Both the position numbers and the translations under genes were made by a program. The notes beneath the pieces were generated by a model. That model saw only the letters and a program-made list of their open reading frames with translations, ran no database searches and was not told the origin of the DNA. A stretch of DNA of 50,420 nt, filler included, from Sphacelaria rigidula (lineage: Eukaryota), in assembly GCA_964200075.2 (NCBI GenBank). It is 2 parts of 2 records of this genome, joined end to end, with 100 filler letters (N's around TTAATTAATTAA, not from the genome) between each part and the next. Parts side by side here need not be neighbours in the genome. Positions count along the whole stretch, not along the records: positions 1 to 25,165 come from CAXNAA020000177.1; 1 more part is not named here. The stretch is one strand, 5' to 3'. Shown piece by piece: positions 1 through 11,300 of this stretch. How positions within the stretch are numbered: the first letter of the stretch is position 1; each line of letters starts with the position of its first letter.

Positions 1-559
1 CGAAATAGTTTTAGGGAGGTCGAGAGGGATGGGGTGGTCCATATGAAAGTCATTTGTCATTAATTTAGGTCAGGGAAAGCACGGCTTTTGAGTTCAACCT
101 CATTCTTTTTTTCAACCCCATTTTCGAGAATCCACTGTTTAAAGTAATTGATCAGTCCTTGGGAGGCTGTTGCTCACAAAAGGCCAGCATTGCGTTTTTT
201 TCTGTCTGGCCGACCGTAGAATGGCGCAAACAAAATAGATACAGATATCATGATCAACCAAGAGTGTGCAGTTCGTGCGGCCCGCGCCCTATACCCAGTA
301 CAGCACATACAACACCGTAGTACAGTTAATGCGGTGAGTGGGTGGTACAACGACCGAAGAACCACGCCCCGAAAAAAACAATAAATGACGCGGGGGAATA
401 ATGGACACGTCATCAGCTGGCCGGACCTCTGCCGAACAGAACAAGAACATAACACACGCTTCATCCCTAATTAAGTTGATTGAGTGTGCGACAGCTGTAG
501 CACTTTTCATCGTGCTTATCTCGACACAAAAAGCAAGCCGGCCTGAGACACTTGACAGC

Positions 560-562
<3 letters not shown>

Positions 563-590
<28 letters not shown>
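563..590. repeat. (CA)n microsatellite
   Basis: Perfect CA dinucleotide run of about 14 units. Confidence 0.95.
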
Positions 591-593
<3 letters not shown>

Positions 594-3500
594 CTAGGGA
601 ATCCCGTAGGAGATTCGCTCTATTCGTCACAGCGGATTCAAAAAGCCCCCGAAGATGACGAAAAAAAGACCCGTTTTCGTACATTTTGGTTGGGTGCGGC
701 GTTTGTGTCACGCGTTGAGAAAATCGCGAACAGATTCCCTAGTTGGGGTGTGTGAGATTCGCTCGCATCACACCGCACCCTCCGCTCGTTGCCGAGACAG
801 TCGCGTTGGAAAATCGGCACAACCACATACTGCAATAAGAGAGGCACAACAACAACACGAGCAGGAGCTTTTACCTTCCTGTTGTTGTGATTTAGAGTGC
901 AGATGTACAGCATCAGTCACAGGCTTGTTGTAGAATGTACTAAAATAAAACTTCATAGTACATTGTGTAAGAGCGTGGGCGTCATTTCGAGCTGACGAAT
1001 ATGCTTGTGATTGATACTGATTGGCTCATCCGTTGAATAGGTTTCGTTTCTTCTGTAGACCGGTGTCGATGTCCGCTTTCCCGAAATATAGTACCGAAAA
1101 TTGGCCCCCATTCACCGGCATAACAGTACAGAGTGGTGCTATCTGCCTATTCGTGGGCGGATTCGTCACCGATAAACGTGCCCCCCCACTGCGATATCAG
1201 GGCAGTAGCGTCGCAAACTGGAGGCAGTGAGTCAAAACAAATCAACACTCCTATCTGCGAAACGTGCGCTAGCCGAATCTCAAGTGTCCAGGATCACATA
1301 TGCGACTGCAATATAGCTCCTTCGCGACTTGTAAATATTGATGACAGTAGATAGCGGTAATGTCGTCCCCGACTGCGCCGCCGCCCCAGATGGTAGAGCA
1401 CACAGGAGTTTCATTCGTAGAGTAATACACTACTGTACTGTACCAGCCAGTACTGGTGTGCTGACGAATCATTTTAATACTCCTCGCTGATTGTCGGTGT
1501 TTCTCCTGCTGTGGGGTGGTGCACCTCAAAAATTGCTTAGGAGGAGGCTGGGGATCCTGTGAACGAAATTCATGCCGTTATGATCAAGCCGCGCTTCTTT
1601 CGCAGCTAGTTTCCACACCAATACAAAGTCCTCTTCGCTTCTTTAGACCTGTACCTTGTGCTCACGACTGTACGTCAAAAGCCCGTTTTGAGCACTTGCA
1701 CCAGCTATCTGGGGCGGGCAATTTAGGAAACAGCCGAGAGCAATGGTTGAGCTCATACGAGGACGACATACATATATGAAGCTAACTCTAGCGCAAACCC
1801 CATCCACACAACGTGCGATGGCATAATTCCCGACTCTTTGGGTCAATCACGTGTACGTATAGCTGTGGGCTGTTCTCTCAACTTTGGTGTATCTGGGTAC
1901 GCTTTTCCGATATGACCTGCCGAATTTTGGTCGCCCGTGGCTTGCTCGTTCCACCCTTTGCCTATGTGATTGGGTTTAACCCCGGCTGGGAAAAGAAGAG
2001 AAATCAATACGCATCGCGCCGACACCTGGCTTTGAGGCCTCCAGGTATTCAAGGATGAAAACGTTCATGAATCCTTCTTGGGAATTCATGACTCCCGTAG
2101 ATGCTCCTAAGAAGAACTGAAAAATAAGTTGGAAAACGACTTTCGTCAATCCTTTGCCCCGAGCCTCGCTCAGAACAGTTACTTCGTTGTCAGTCGTGGG
2201 AACAAACAATTTGTTGCTTACCTCATTGATTGGGGTAAGGCATGCTCAAGGACCTGTGAAACGACCCGGGGAACCAGTGGGACGATGACATGACCAATAA
2301 ACACTATGCATCCGTTTCCGTAAAATGCTCATCATTGTCCACCTCGCAGGGAGACCGTACTTTCACCATCTCGGGACTACGAAGAGGACTCTTGAGCACA
2401 CAAGAGGGAGTTCCTGATGCGAGATCTTTGCCGCCTGCCCCTCTTTTGGGGCGTGTCTTCTAAAGGCGGAAATATCGGTTGGCGGAATCATTTTGCAGAC
2501 AGGATTGCGGCCACAACGGTGAAAACACTGCTTTTGCCCACATCTGAAAAATCATCAACAATGATGCAGCGTTCTGGTAGTGTTTATAGCATTGATAGTT
2601 GGTCCAACACCTATAACCGTGAAAAAGAGGACGCGTTAAAGAAACACGACACCTACATGTTGAGCCCCGAAAAGACACGCACGGAAACCGTACCCGGACA
2701 TTAGGCTCAGCACTAAAAGTTCTTGATCACCTGCACACAGCATTCCGTGATGGAGATCGATTCAGCATTGAACCCAAAGCAGCCGCGTTCGTTTCATTTT
2801 ACAACTGAAGACATGCCGTTGCTGCGTCTTGGCATGAGTGCATTCGGCGCGCCACTTACGAAAACCGTCGTGTTAAAGGGCGAGTCTCATAAATTTTGGT
2901 CGAGCCGAGGAGAAAAAGCGACGAAATGAATTCCATGCAAACTCGTTCCGGTAGCGCAATATGGGTCCGAGCGAATCTGCAAGCGCGGGACAAGAATATG
3001 TGGCGGAAAATACCAGCGAACGGCAAATAACATCCTCCACCTCAAAGTCGTTCACACGGTTGTCAGGATATTCACTGCGCCCGACACCGCGCTCGATAGC
3101 CCAGGCCGTACTGTTACTCTCGATTGGCTTCTCGATGATGTGCTCGGTTTTGTGTCAACTTGTCACCGAACTGAAGCAGCATTGTTTTCGGACTGGTGCG
3201 TTACTTCAAACCTTTGAGAAAAGAGGAACTCATGACAACATTTCACACAGATGGCCGCTGCATGCTCAATATCCCACCGACGCTACTGACAAAGTGTGCC
3301 TCGTACCGCAGTGGACTGTGCCTACCTCCGAAGGCGTCAGGCGTCGGGCGTGAGTCATCAGGGCATGCGTTGACACGTCGAGCACACGTTTCCCGCGGTG
3401 GTAGATCACAACCGTGCGACTCTCGAAGGTGGCGCCGCGACTTGATTGGCAGTTAAGGACCTGAGCCTCAAACGTTTTTCAGAATATAAGAACTTGAGCA

Positions 3501-4353
3501 CATATTGCTGTGCCTGAATAACAAACCTACACTCAAACTAATATAGCAGCTGTTGGCAGCCCGCCGAGGAAACAAGAACTCGAGCCTTACGCTAAATAAG
3601 AAGTCAAGTGGTGACGCTACCTGTATCCATTAATATGACAGGTACTTGCGCCGCATTGTTGCCCGAAAAAGCTGAGATTGTTGTGTTGGATTGATCTCTG
3701 GCAAGTGGGGAAACGAGAACAAGTGAATGATCCAAAAGGGAATAGATTAGACCGAAGCCAAGGAAGGTGTACTCAACCGATTAACAGCTATGACTTCAGC
3801 TAGCCGTAGTCGTATGCGTTATAGTTTGTTCAACCGGGGGGAGAGGGGCGCTCGGCATGTGTGATTCTGTTCGGTTGGGTGTTGTGCGCTTGCACCCTGC
3901 CGTTAGTTGCCCTTCGATCAAACTGATTGTTTATCCGTAAGAACTTATTCGGAAAACTTGTCAAGCCAGCTTGCGCCAACATTTTGTTTTCGTACGATCT
4001 TCTTCGGGGGGTGGTATTGGGGTGATCGATTGCAAGCATGACTGAATCAAATGTGATTGAATATATTTTCATGTCTCGATGAGACATACCCTCATTACTC
4101 GCTAAGTAAACATGCACGGTGAAGCGCTGATCGCAGGTAAATAGAGACAGAACCAATATTAGGCTGCATGTGCAGCGCAGAACGATGAGATAATCAGTAC
4201 TTCCGCGTATACTTGTTGCTGAAGGCAGAAAGACCCTGTCCCGCACATTTCAGACAACAGATAACAGACAACAGCAGTGCAGCACACCCGAGTCAGTACA
4301 ACAAAAACATCAACAAGCGAACAAAACCAATACAATTGCTTGCCAGAACTTAC

Positions 4354-4404
4354 CTCCGTCGCGGTGAGGAACAGTCTGTCCTTGGAGTGCTGGTTACGTC
4401 CCAT
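4354..4404 (-). CDS. PPIL2: First coding exon of a peptidyl-prolyl cis-trans isomerase-like 2 (PPIL2/Cyp60/CYP65; U-box + cyclophilin) gene; remaining exons not identified in the window
   Basis: Translates MGRNQHSKDRLFLTATE, followed directly by a canonical GAG|GTAAG donor. It closely resembles the conserved PPIL2/CYP65 N-terminus (MGKxQHxKDxMxITxxE), recognised from family knowledge. A possible 5'UTR acceptor (TTATAG|) lies at 4447. Confidence 0.8.
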
Positions 4405-4873
4405 GTTCTCCGCGCGTACCCCAGCGAGCTCCCTCCGCGTAACGGGCTATAAGCAATAGGTTGATCAGTAGAGCGATATATTTCTTACTGCGTTTTCCTT
4501 GATATTGAAAACCCTTGACTGCGAGAAGCGCCCGTGCACACCCAAATCTTGACGAAAGTTTCCCAACGACGGGGATTCCGGAGTCACGTGCACTGTGGTT
4601 GTGGGTGAGATCGTGATCGCGACACCTACGGACCTGGGGGTGTTATGCTCCGTCACCTACTGGGTACAGAGACTATCTCGCCGCTTTCTTCGGAGCTATG
4701 CGATTTTTTGTGTTGATGATGGCCACCGTAAGGTAGTTGATACGTGGGAACTACTTGATTTGATGCTGCAGAGAAATTCGGGAGGTACTCGAGAAATGCT
4801 GCCAGGATTGATAGACAACACGAGCCAGCTTCAGCAACAAATCGTTACTGAATACTTTTGTTTTTGAAAAGTG

Positions 4874-4917
4874 TATATACCTCGTTGATCCAGACTATAT
4901 ACCTCGTTGATCCAGAC
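4874..4917. repeat. 22-bp perfect tandem duplication between the divergent start codons
   Basis: TATATACCTCGTTGATCCAGAC x2. Confidence 0.9.
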
Positions 4918-5332
4918 TCGCGATGGAGAAGGGGCCTTTAAACAGGCACATTCGAACCAAGTTGACATATAAGGCTGCACATCTTGAAGTGCATAGCTTA
5001 TAAGAAGCTCAAAGGTACACCAAGTTCTTTGATTTTTAGTAGATGAACAAAAGACTCACAGGTAACTTAGCACATAAGTGATGAAAAAGCGTAGTATTCA
5101 CAAAAAAACACGGGGTCCTCATGGAAAACGACAACGAAAAATACCGAACAAATCTCGAACAAATATTCTTCGACGTGGCATCATGGGTAATAACTTTCAC
5201 CGCCTGAACTTACGAGTCCCCCACTTAAAGGCCGCCCACAACCCTCCCTGCTATCGCACCGGACACCCACGGAGCAGCCAAGTAAAGTCAAAGGCAAAGG
5301 CACATAACGCTCCCCTTTCCTTCGTAGTCAAC

Positions 5333-5341
5333 ATGGTTGAG
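5333..5341 (+). CDS. KH gene putative exon 1 (MVE)
   Basis: CAACATGGTTGAG|GTAAG: good start context and strong donor, phase 0 like exon 2. Only 9 nt, so uncertain. Confidence 0.55.
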
Positions 5342-8300
5342 GTAAGATTTTTTGGCTTGCTTGAGTTGTTTTCACGTCGACTGTTTGTAGTCTTGTCGTT
5401 GTGTTTTCTTCCTTCCCCCCTCGCCTCGGCTTTCGTCCACGTCCGCCGGGTACAAAAATGTGTGGGCGTGAAACCTTCGTTTTCCTCCCACTCAGGAATG
5501 CACAAAATAATGGGGAAGAGGAGAATGGAGTGCAAGGTGCACGAGTGCAGCCCGTTTCTATAGTCGGTGCTTTGTATTGGTGAAGCAGACGACTGTTCAG
5601 CTGTCAGCAACACAGACTGTCGTGAGGGGGGAGGTGTTGGTCGGGGGGTATGGGCGCACATTATTTTTTGGGCGTGTAGGTCTCCCTGCGAAGCTATACT
5701 TGCCTGTGAAAAAGGCGGTAAACTCAAGGAGGGACTTGTCTATACTGGAAGCAAGATATTTCGACTGTCCAGCGCGCAGGCACGCACCGACAGGTTGGGG
5801 TGCCCGCCCGCGTTGACAGTTTTTCGTCCTCCGTTCTCGGGGCGCAGGAGTCGTGATATATACCACCGAATGACTAGCGGAGGTAGAACCTCTCTTGATG
5901 TCCAATGTTGGCGCTTCTTTACTCTCGCATAGGTGGAGTTTCCACCGCTTTTTGAATTATGAGAGGTGTGTGCGGGCGGCGGGCGGCCGAGCCGAGTCGG
6001 TAGACCCGAAGTGTGAACTCGCCGCCCACCCGAACACCAGTCGAAGCAGATGCCCACATCACCCCACAGACGACCATAAACGTGTGGGGGTCGCCCGAAC
6101 TCGCCCGTACACATACATCTGAAACTTGGCGCATACGGCCCGGAATGCTGAAAGACGATACAGGGAGAGGAATTGGCTGTAGAGCGGGATAAAGAACACT
6201 GCGATCGCCGGAGGGTGGAAGCACACGTATTTAGTGACAACACATTTTTCAAGCGCACCTTTTTCAAGGGAGGGGTGTGTGCATATGTCCACCCCTTATG
6301 CCTAACTGGCTACTTTAAAGGTGTAATATTTTTGCGAAGTGATGAGAGTTGTGTAGAGTGTGGGAATTGAAAACCCACGGCGACAGCGTAAGGGTGCGCT
6401 AGTCATCATGCTGTTATTTCTGTACTCCAGCTTGAACGCATGGAAACGTGGACGTATGTATGGTCTCTGAAAATCATTGCGCGAGTCCATGCACATTTTT
6501 GGTGATGAAAATGACCAGCTGCTGCGAGGCGCCTCGAGTACGAGAGGTTTTCCAGTGTCACCAACAACTCGTGATGAAACTTGACGTTCGGTGTTGGCAC
6601 TCGTGTGACTACATTATTACAAGCAACTTTTTTCTATGCTGATGAAAACACAGAAACAAACTGGTGGAATCGTTGTACAACTGACTGTACGATAAGTGAA
6701 GTACAATGCGGTCGTGTTTTGCGGTGTAGCATGTGCAGACATGACTGTACCAACGGCACCGCCGAGACCATGATCTACACATGAATCGCACAGCAGTTCC
6801 AAGTGTCACCGTCCGGCGTATATAGTAGCATGGCACTGCCGTGATTGTGATCGCTCACAAGTACTTGAATCTCACGCAACCCTGGCGTATACTGGTTATG
6901 AGAAAAACGGGACCTTCGGTGGTGCGGGCTACCCTTTAGTGAAGGTTCGAAAAAATCGTCATTGACTTCCGCCTCACGAACACCGGGTGGGCGTTTTGAC
7001 GCTGACATGCGATAACGGGGTATCCTGCGGTGGTATGTTTTGTCGCTTTACCGTGAAATACTAAATCCATGCAGTCGTGAGCTACGTGAAAATATTCTAT
7101 CCCCGTCTTCCGCTTCATGCATGTGAACAAACCCTGCTGGGGTCGAAACTGATTCCTCCGCAAGTCACACTGTCCTTGTTTTGAGATCCGTGTCACTGAC
7201 TGTAAGGCGGACGAGGTGCATCGATCCTCTCGCCTGCAACGCGTATGCAGGGTCTTTCAAACCCCTGAATGTTGACTCGAAAATTATGTTGGTGTCAACC
7301 ACGTCGATCCTACAGACAGGGTCCGCACTCCTTTTTTTTCCACATCCCTCTTGACCCTTTTCTTAGAGGTACTTCAGAGTGTCTCCGTGCACTCGACATG
7401 GGCACTGTATGTCGAGGTATGTCACGAGGAGTGAATCCCTACGTGGACCGGCGAAAGATTGAACAACGATGTCGTACGTGAGTCGTGAAATGAGCGCAGC
7501 AATTCATCACCATTCGACGTCGAATCAATCAACGATTCACGATCAACAAGTAGATGAGGAATCGGTTGATCAAGTAGCGGCGAGTGATTCATAAAACTCA
7601 TCTGTGCGTGATCGAGGTTGTCAAAAGTCGAGATCCCTGGAATGTTCCACAGTTATTTACAGTGTAGCGAATCGGCAACGGTGAGTTCAAGATACCTCTT
7701 TTTTTTACGTGCGCTGTGAAAAATTGAAGATATTCGTAGATGAAATGATCGTTCATAACTTGGAAAAAGTCACTTGAAAAATGATCGCCCCCACAACAAG
7801 TTTCGACTTGCATCGAGAAGCAGGTCTGCACTGCCGTTGGCTATGACTTAACGAGGCGAGATAAGTAAATAAGCACCGTGAGTGCGAGTCACTCTGTCGG
7901 TTCTCGTAGATTGTCCTCCTCTCGTATCTTTCACATTTATTGGTGATGAGCTCCCAACGAGTCGGAAGTTCTCACTACAAAAAAAACCAGATTACGTCGT
8001 AAAAAGTGTACTCCGTACGGTGAATAATCAATGGTTTGTTGGAATAGGGGTAGTAGTCGACACTGTACCCGACACACTTCTTGACTAGGTGCGTGAGTTA
8101 CTCTCTTTATCACGGCGCGTTCTCGCTTGTCTTCTTTGGTTTGAACGGGCCCTGATATTAATGTCGCGAAAGCGATTTTGGAGCCTTTCCCGAGAGGGGC
8201 GTTTTTCCGGGAGTAGTTTTCTGTAAAGTGATGGATCATCTTCAAAAGTAACCCACGTGAAGCGTGGAACCGTGATCTGCCGTGAGTTGCAAACATTTTG

Positions 8301-11300
8301 AGCTTCTCCACGGTTGCTCCAGTCTTTGCACCGATCTCTCCTCCCCAACCATGTTTCCATGTGATGAGATACCGAGCTCCAGGGAATGGAGAAAGTGCTC
8401 CGAATGTGATTCGTCCTACTGTAGAATTAACCGGTCGATCGGTTGTGGTTGTTTTGCTGCCTTTTTGTACCCGTGTTTTCCCCCAGGGCGGTTTTCGCAA
8501 TAACTCCAAGAGGCCGGCCATGCCGTCGCCGTCCAGCAAGCGCCAACGTTCCATTGACCATGCTGAGACTGTCAAGAACCTCAACATCGTCAAGGGTGGA
8601 CTGAGCATCATGTGCCCAGCGGTGAGAGAGTTTCTCACAGATGGCAAAGTGGGAAAACCCGAAGCTAATCGTTGCTGAAAGGATGATAACTTTCATGTTC
8701 CGCGTCTTGCCGTGGCCGTGTAGTGATGTACGGAACAGACTTCTCGAATACCAATTTGGTTGATGTTGAAGTCAATTCTCAGTTCCCCCCTGATGCATGG
8801 GTATTCTGGTGATGAGCGTGCTCCAAGAAATAGAAGCGAGTGCCACATCATGAAGGAAACCGGCGCTGAGTCGACTAAAACTTGGTTGACTCCACCCGAC
8901 GATGGTAATAGCAAGAAGTACGACGCACTAACAAACGCATCTGCCAGCAAAACCTGTTGGTCCCGATCGCTCGTCGGCGCGTTACTTTTGTGTATTCGTC
9001 TGTTCATTGAGCACCCCTATGCATCCCGTTGACTGCTTACACAGGACGCCATGGGTATGTTGATCGGCAAGGGAGGCGCTGGTCTGCGCGATATGCAAGA
9101 GAAAAGCCGTGTCAAGGTACGTTTCTCTCCCCCATCTGTCGCCCGATAAACACCATTCGGGGTGCGTTGTTGTTCTTCCTCTTGATTCTGGGTACATGCT
9201 TATTTGAATCACGGGCTGTTTTCAGTGAGAAAAACAGAATTGGGTAACTCGTGGAGAGGAGCCCAAGTGCATCGCATGCAATTTTCACAACACCGATGTT
9301 GAACTACTGACGATACCATTACGTCAAGAATGCGGTTGTATCACGCGACAAAGTGCGTCGAATCAAAGTCTCAACTTGATACCCTGCGGTTGTTGCGTTG
9401 TCAAATCTCGCTCGTCCTCGTGGGACGTACATGACAGCCCGAAACTGTTTCTCTTCTCCATTTCGGCAACGACGTTTTTTTCCCAGTAAGGGAAGTAAAA
9501 ATGCTGATGATATCAACAATGTTATATTCATAAGTAAATGAATGAATTAATTGACTGAGAATGGATGGATGGATGATTGGAATGATTTTTCACTATTTGG
9601 GCAAGGAAGGGTCAATAATATAGTATGAATTTTGGATGGATGGTTGTATTCAATATTTGGACAGGGGAAATACAACATGTTATACCGCTGTTGTGAATGT
9701 GTCTCGCTTGTTTCCTGGGGTTTCCCCACGACGCCGGTGCCCACGCGGAAAAATATTTGTGTCCGCTTACTGAACTCTTCGCCCTTCTTCCCAAAATGCG
9801 GGCGAACAGGTTACGCTTCAGGAAACCAAGTCCATGCCCGAGGGCGCCAAAGAGCGCGGGGTGGGACTATCAGGGTCGCTGGAGAGCATTTGCGCCGTAG
9901 AGAAAATTATCTTCGAGAAGCTCGATGCTCGCAGATCCACTAGTCTCGCACCTTCTCCAGCAGAGGTACGGCAACGGTATGAGAGCTATATTCGCTTCTT
10001 GTCTTGTATTCCCGATCTTATCGCAGTCGGGACAATCACGTAATTTGTTACGGAATTTATTGGTGCAATAAATTTGCTTACGCCGAATACCCGCCCAGTA
10101 TCACTATTGCCTTTTATGTTTGTAGTTTTCGCTGTCAGATAACCCGTTGTCATTTGTCCACGATTTCTAGCAAAGCTTTCACGATCAACTTCCGCACATG
10201 TTGCTACGGAGTAATGTTACTCACCAGAGAGACCCCGTATCGAACATGAATTCCTCGTTGGTCCCAGTCCTTGCCTTCACCGCAGTGCAGTTGTATCTTA
10301 CATTTTGTGCTACTTACGGATGAGTCAAACGTTTGAAAAACCCTTCACCATACGTCAGCTCCCGTGCCCTTCTGTTTTTTAGCGTTTTCTCGGTCTAGTT
10401 TGATGAAAATGGAGTGCATACATTGTTTTTATTTGTTTTTCTTTTAATGACAACTTCACAGGACGAGTACGAGATGGCCTATCAAGAGGCGGTGGCGGCG
10501 GGAACGGATCCCAACGGGGCCATGCCGCCCGATGACCCCAGCAGCGTGAGGGTTGTTCGCTGGGTCATGGACAACGCCCACTGCGGCTGGCTCATCGGCA
10601 AAGGCGGCAGTGGCATCAAGAACATCGAGGTGTGTACATGGAACGTCTCAGTTTTCGTTCTCTCGTTCACAAATTGGCGATCAAGCAACTGCAGATAATA
10701 CGAGGTTTCGTTGCGTTATAAACGCAGGAACCCCAAATCCCGCATGATCATTTTTTTGGTAAGCCGATTTACCCTTGACCCAAGGGGGAAAAAAGTGTTG
10801 TGGGGCATAGGGGAAGAATAAATGCTGTTCTTATACAATTAACTGTCGCCCCTTCTCGTCTCTGTACGCAGGTCAAGCTTTCCAACTGTTCCCCACATCC
10901 CCCTCATGTACTCCCAAGTGCTCATGCTCGAATCCTTTGCTGTCATCGCGAAATTCGACCGCAGGCCACGTCTGGCGCCGAGGTTAGGGTGGCGAATGAG
11001 AAGGCGATGGTGAGCTCTTCGGGTGAGCGCATGGTATACGTGAAGGGGACTCAAACCGCGCGTGATCAGGCGCTGGATCTCATCAGAGGCAACCCTAAGG
11101 TATGAGGATGGGGAAGAAGTTGCTTTTGTTTTCGAAGTTTACCCGAGACGTCGGCGCCACAATCATTAGTGTGTTCATCTCGGGTGGTTTTGATGTCAAC
11201 TACGAAAGATAAATGACCCCGACAAGCCTCGTGTCTGGCGCATCATTTTCATCATTTCACGTTCCTTCTGGTGTCCTACACGAAACAGTGACCCCGACAA

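Noticed and set aside
9..16. TTTAGGG telomere-like motif
   Set aside because: Single copy only.
1355..1415. ETPVCSTIWGG (minus strand) as a PPIL2 U-box exon
   Set aside because: Only five residues resemble the PFxxPVC motif; flanking residues and splice sites do not fit.
7937..8647. 236-aa minus-strand ORF as an antisense gene
   Set aside because: Overlaps KH exon 2 and intron 1, has no recognisable motif; consistent with a chance open frame.
8808..8872. Intronic C/D box snoRNA (GTGATGA ... CTGA)
   Set aside because: Short, no terminal stem and no recognisable rRNA-complementary guide.
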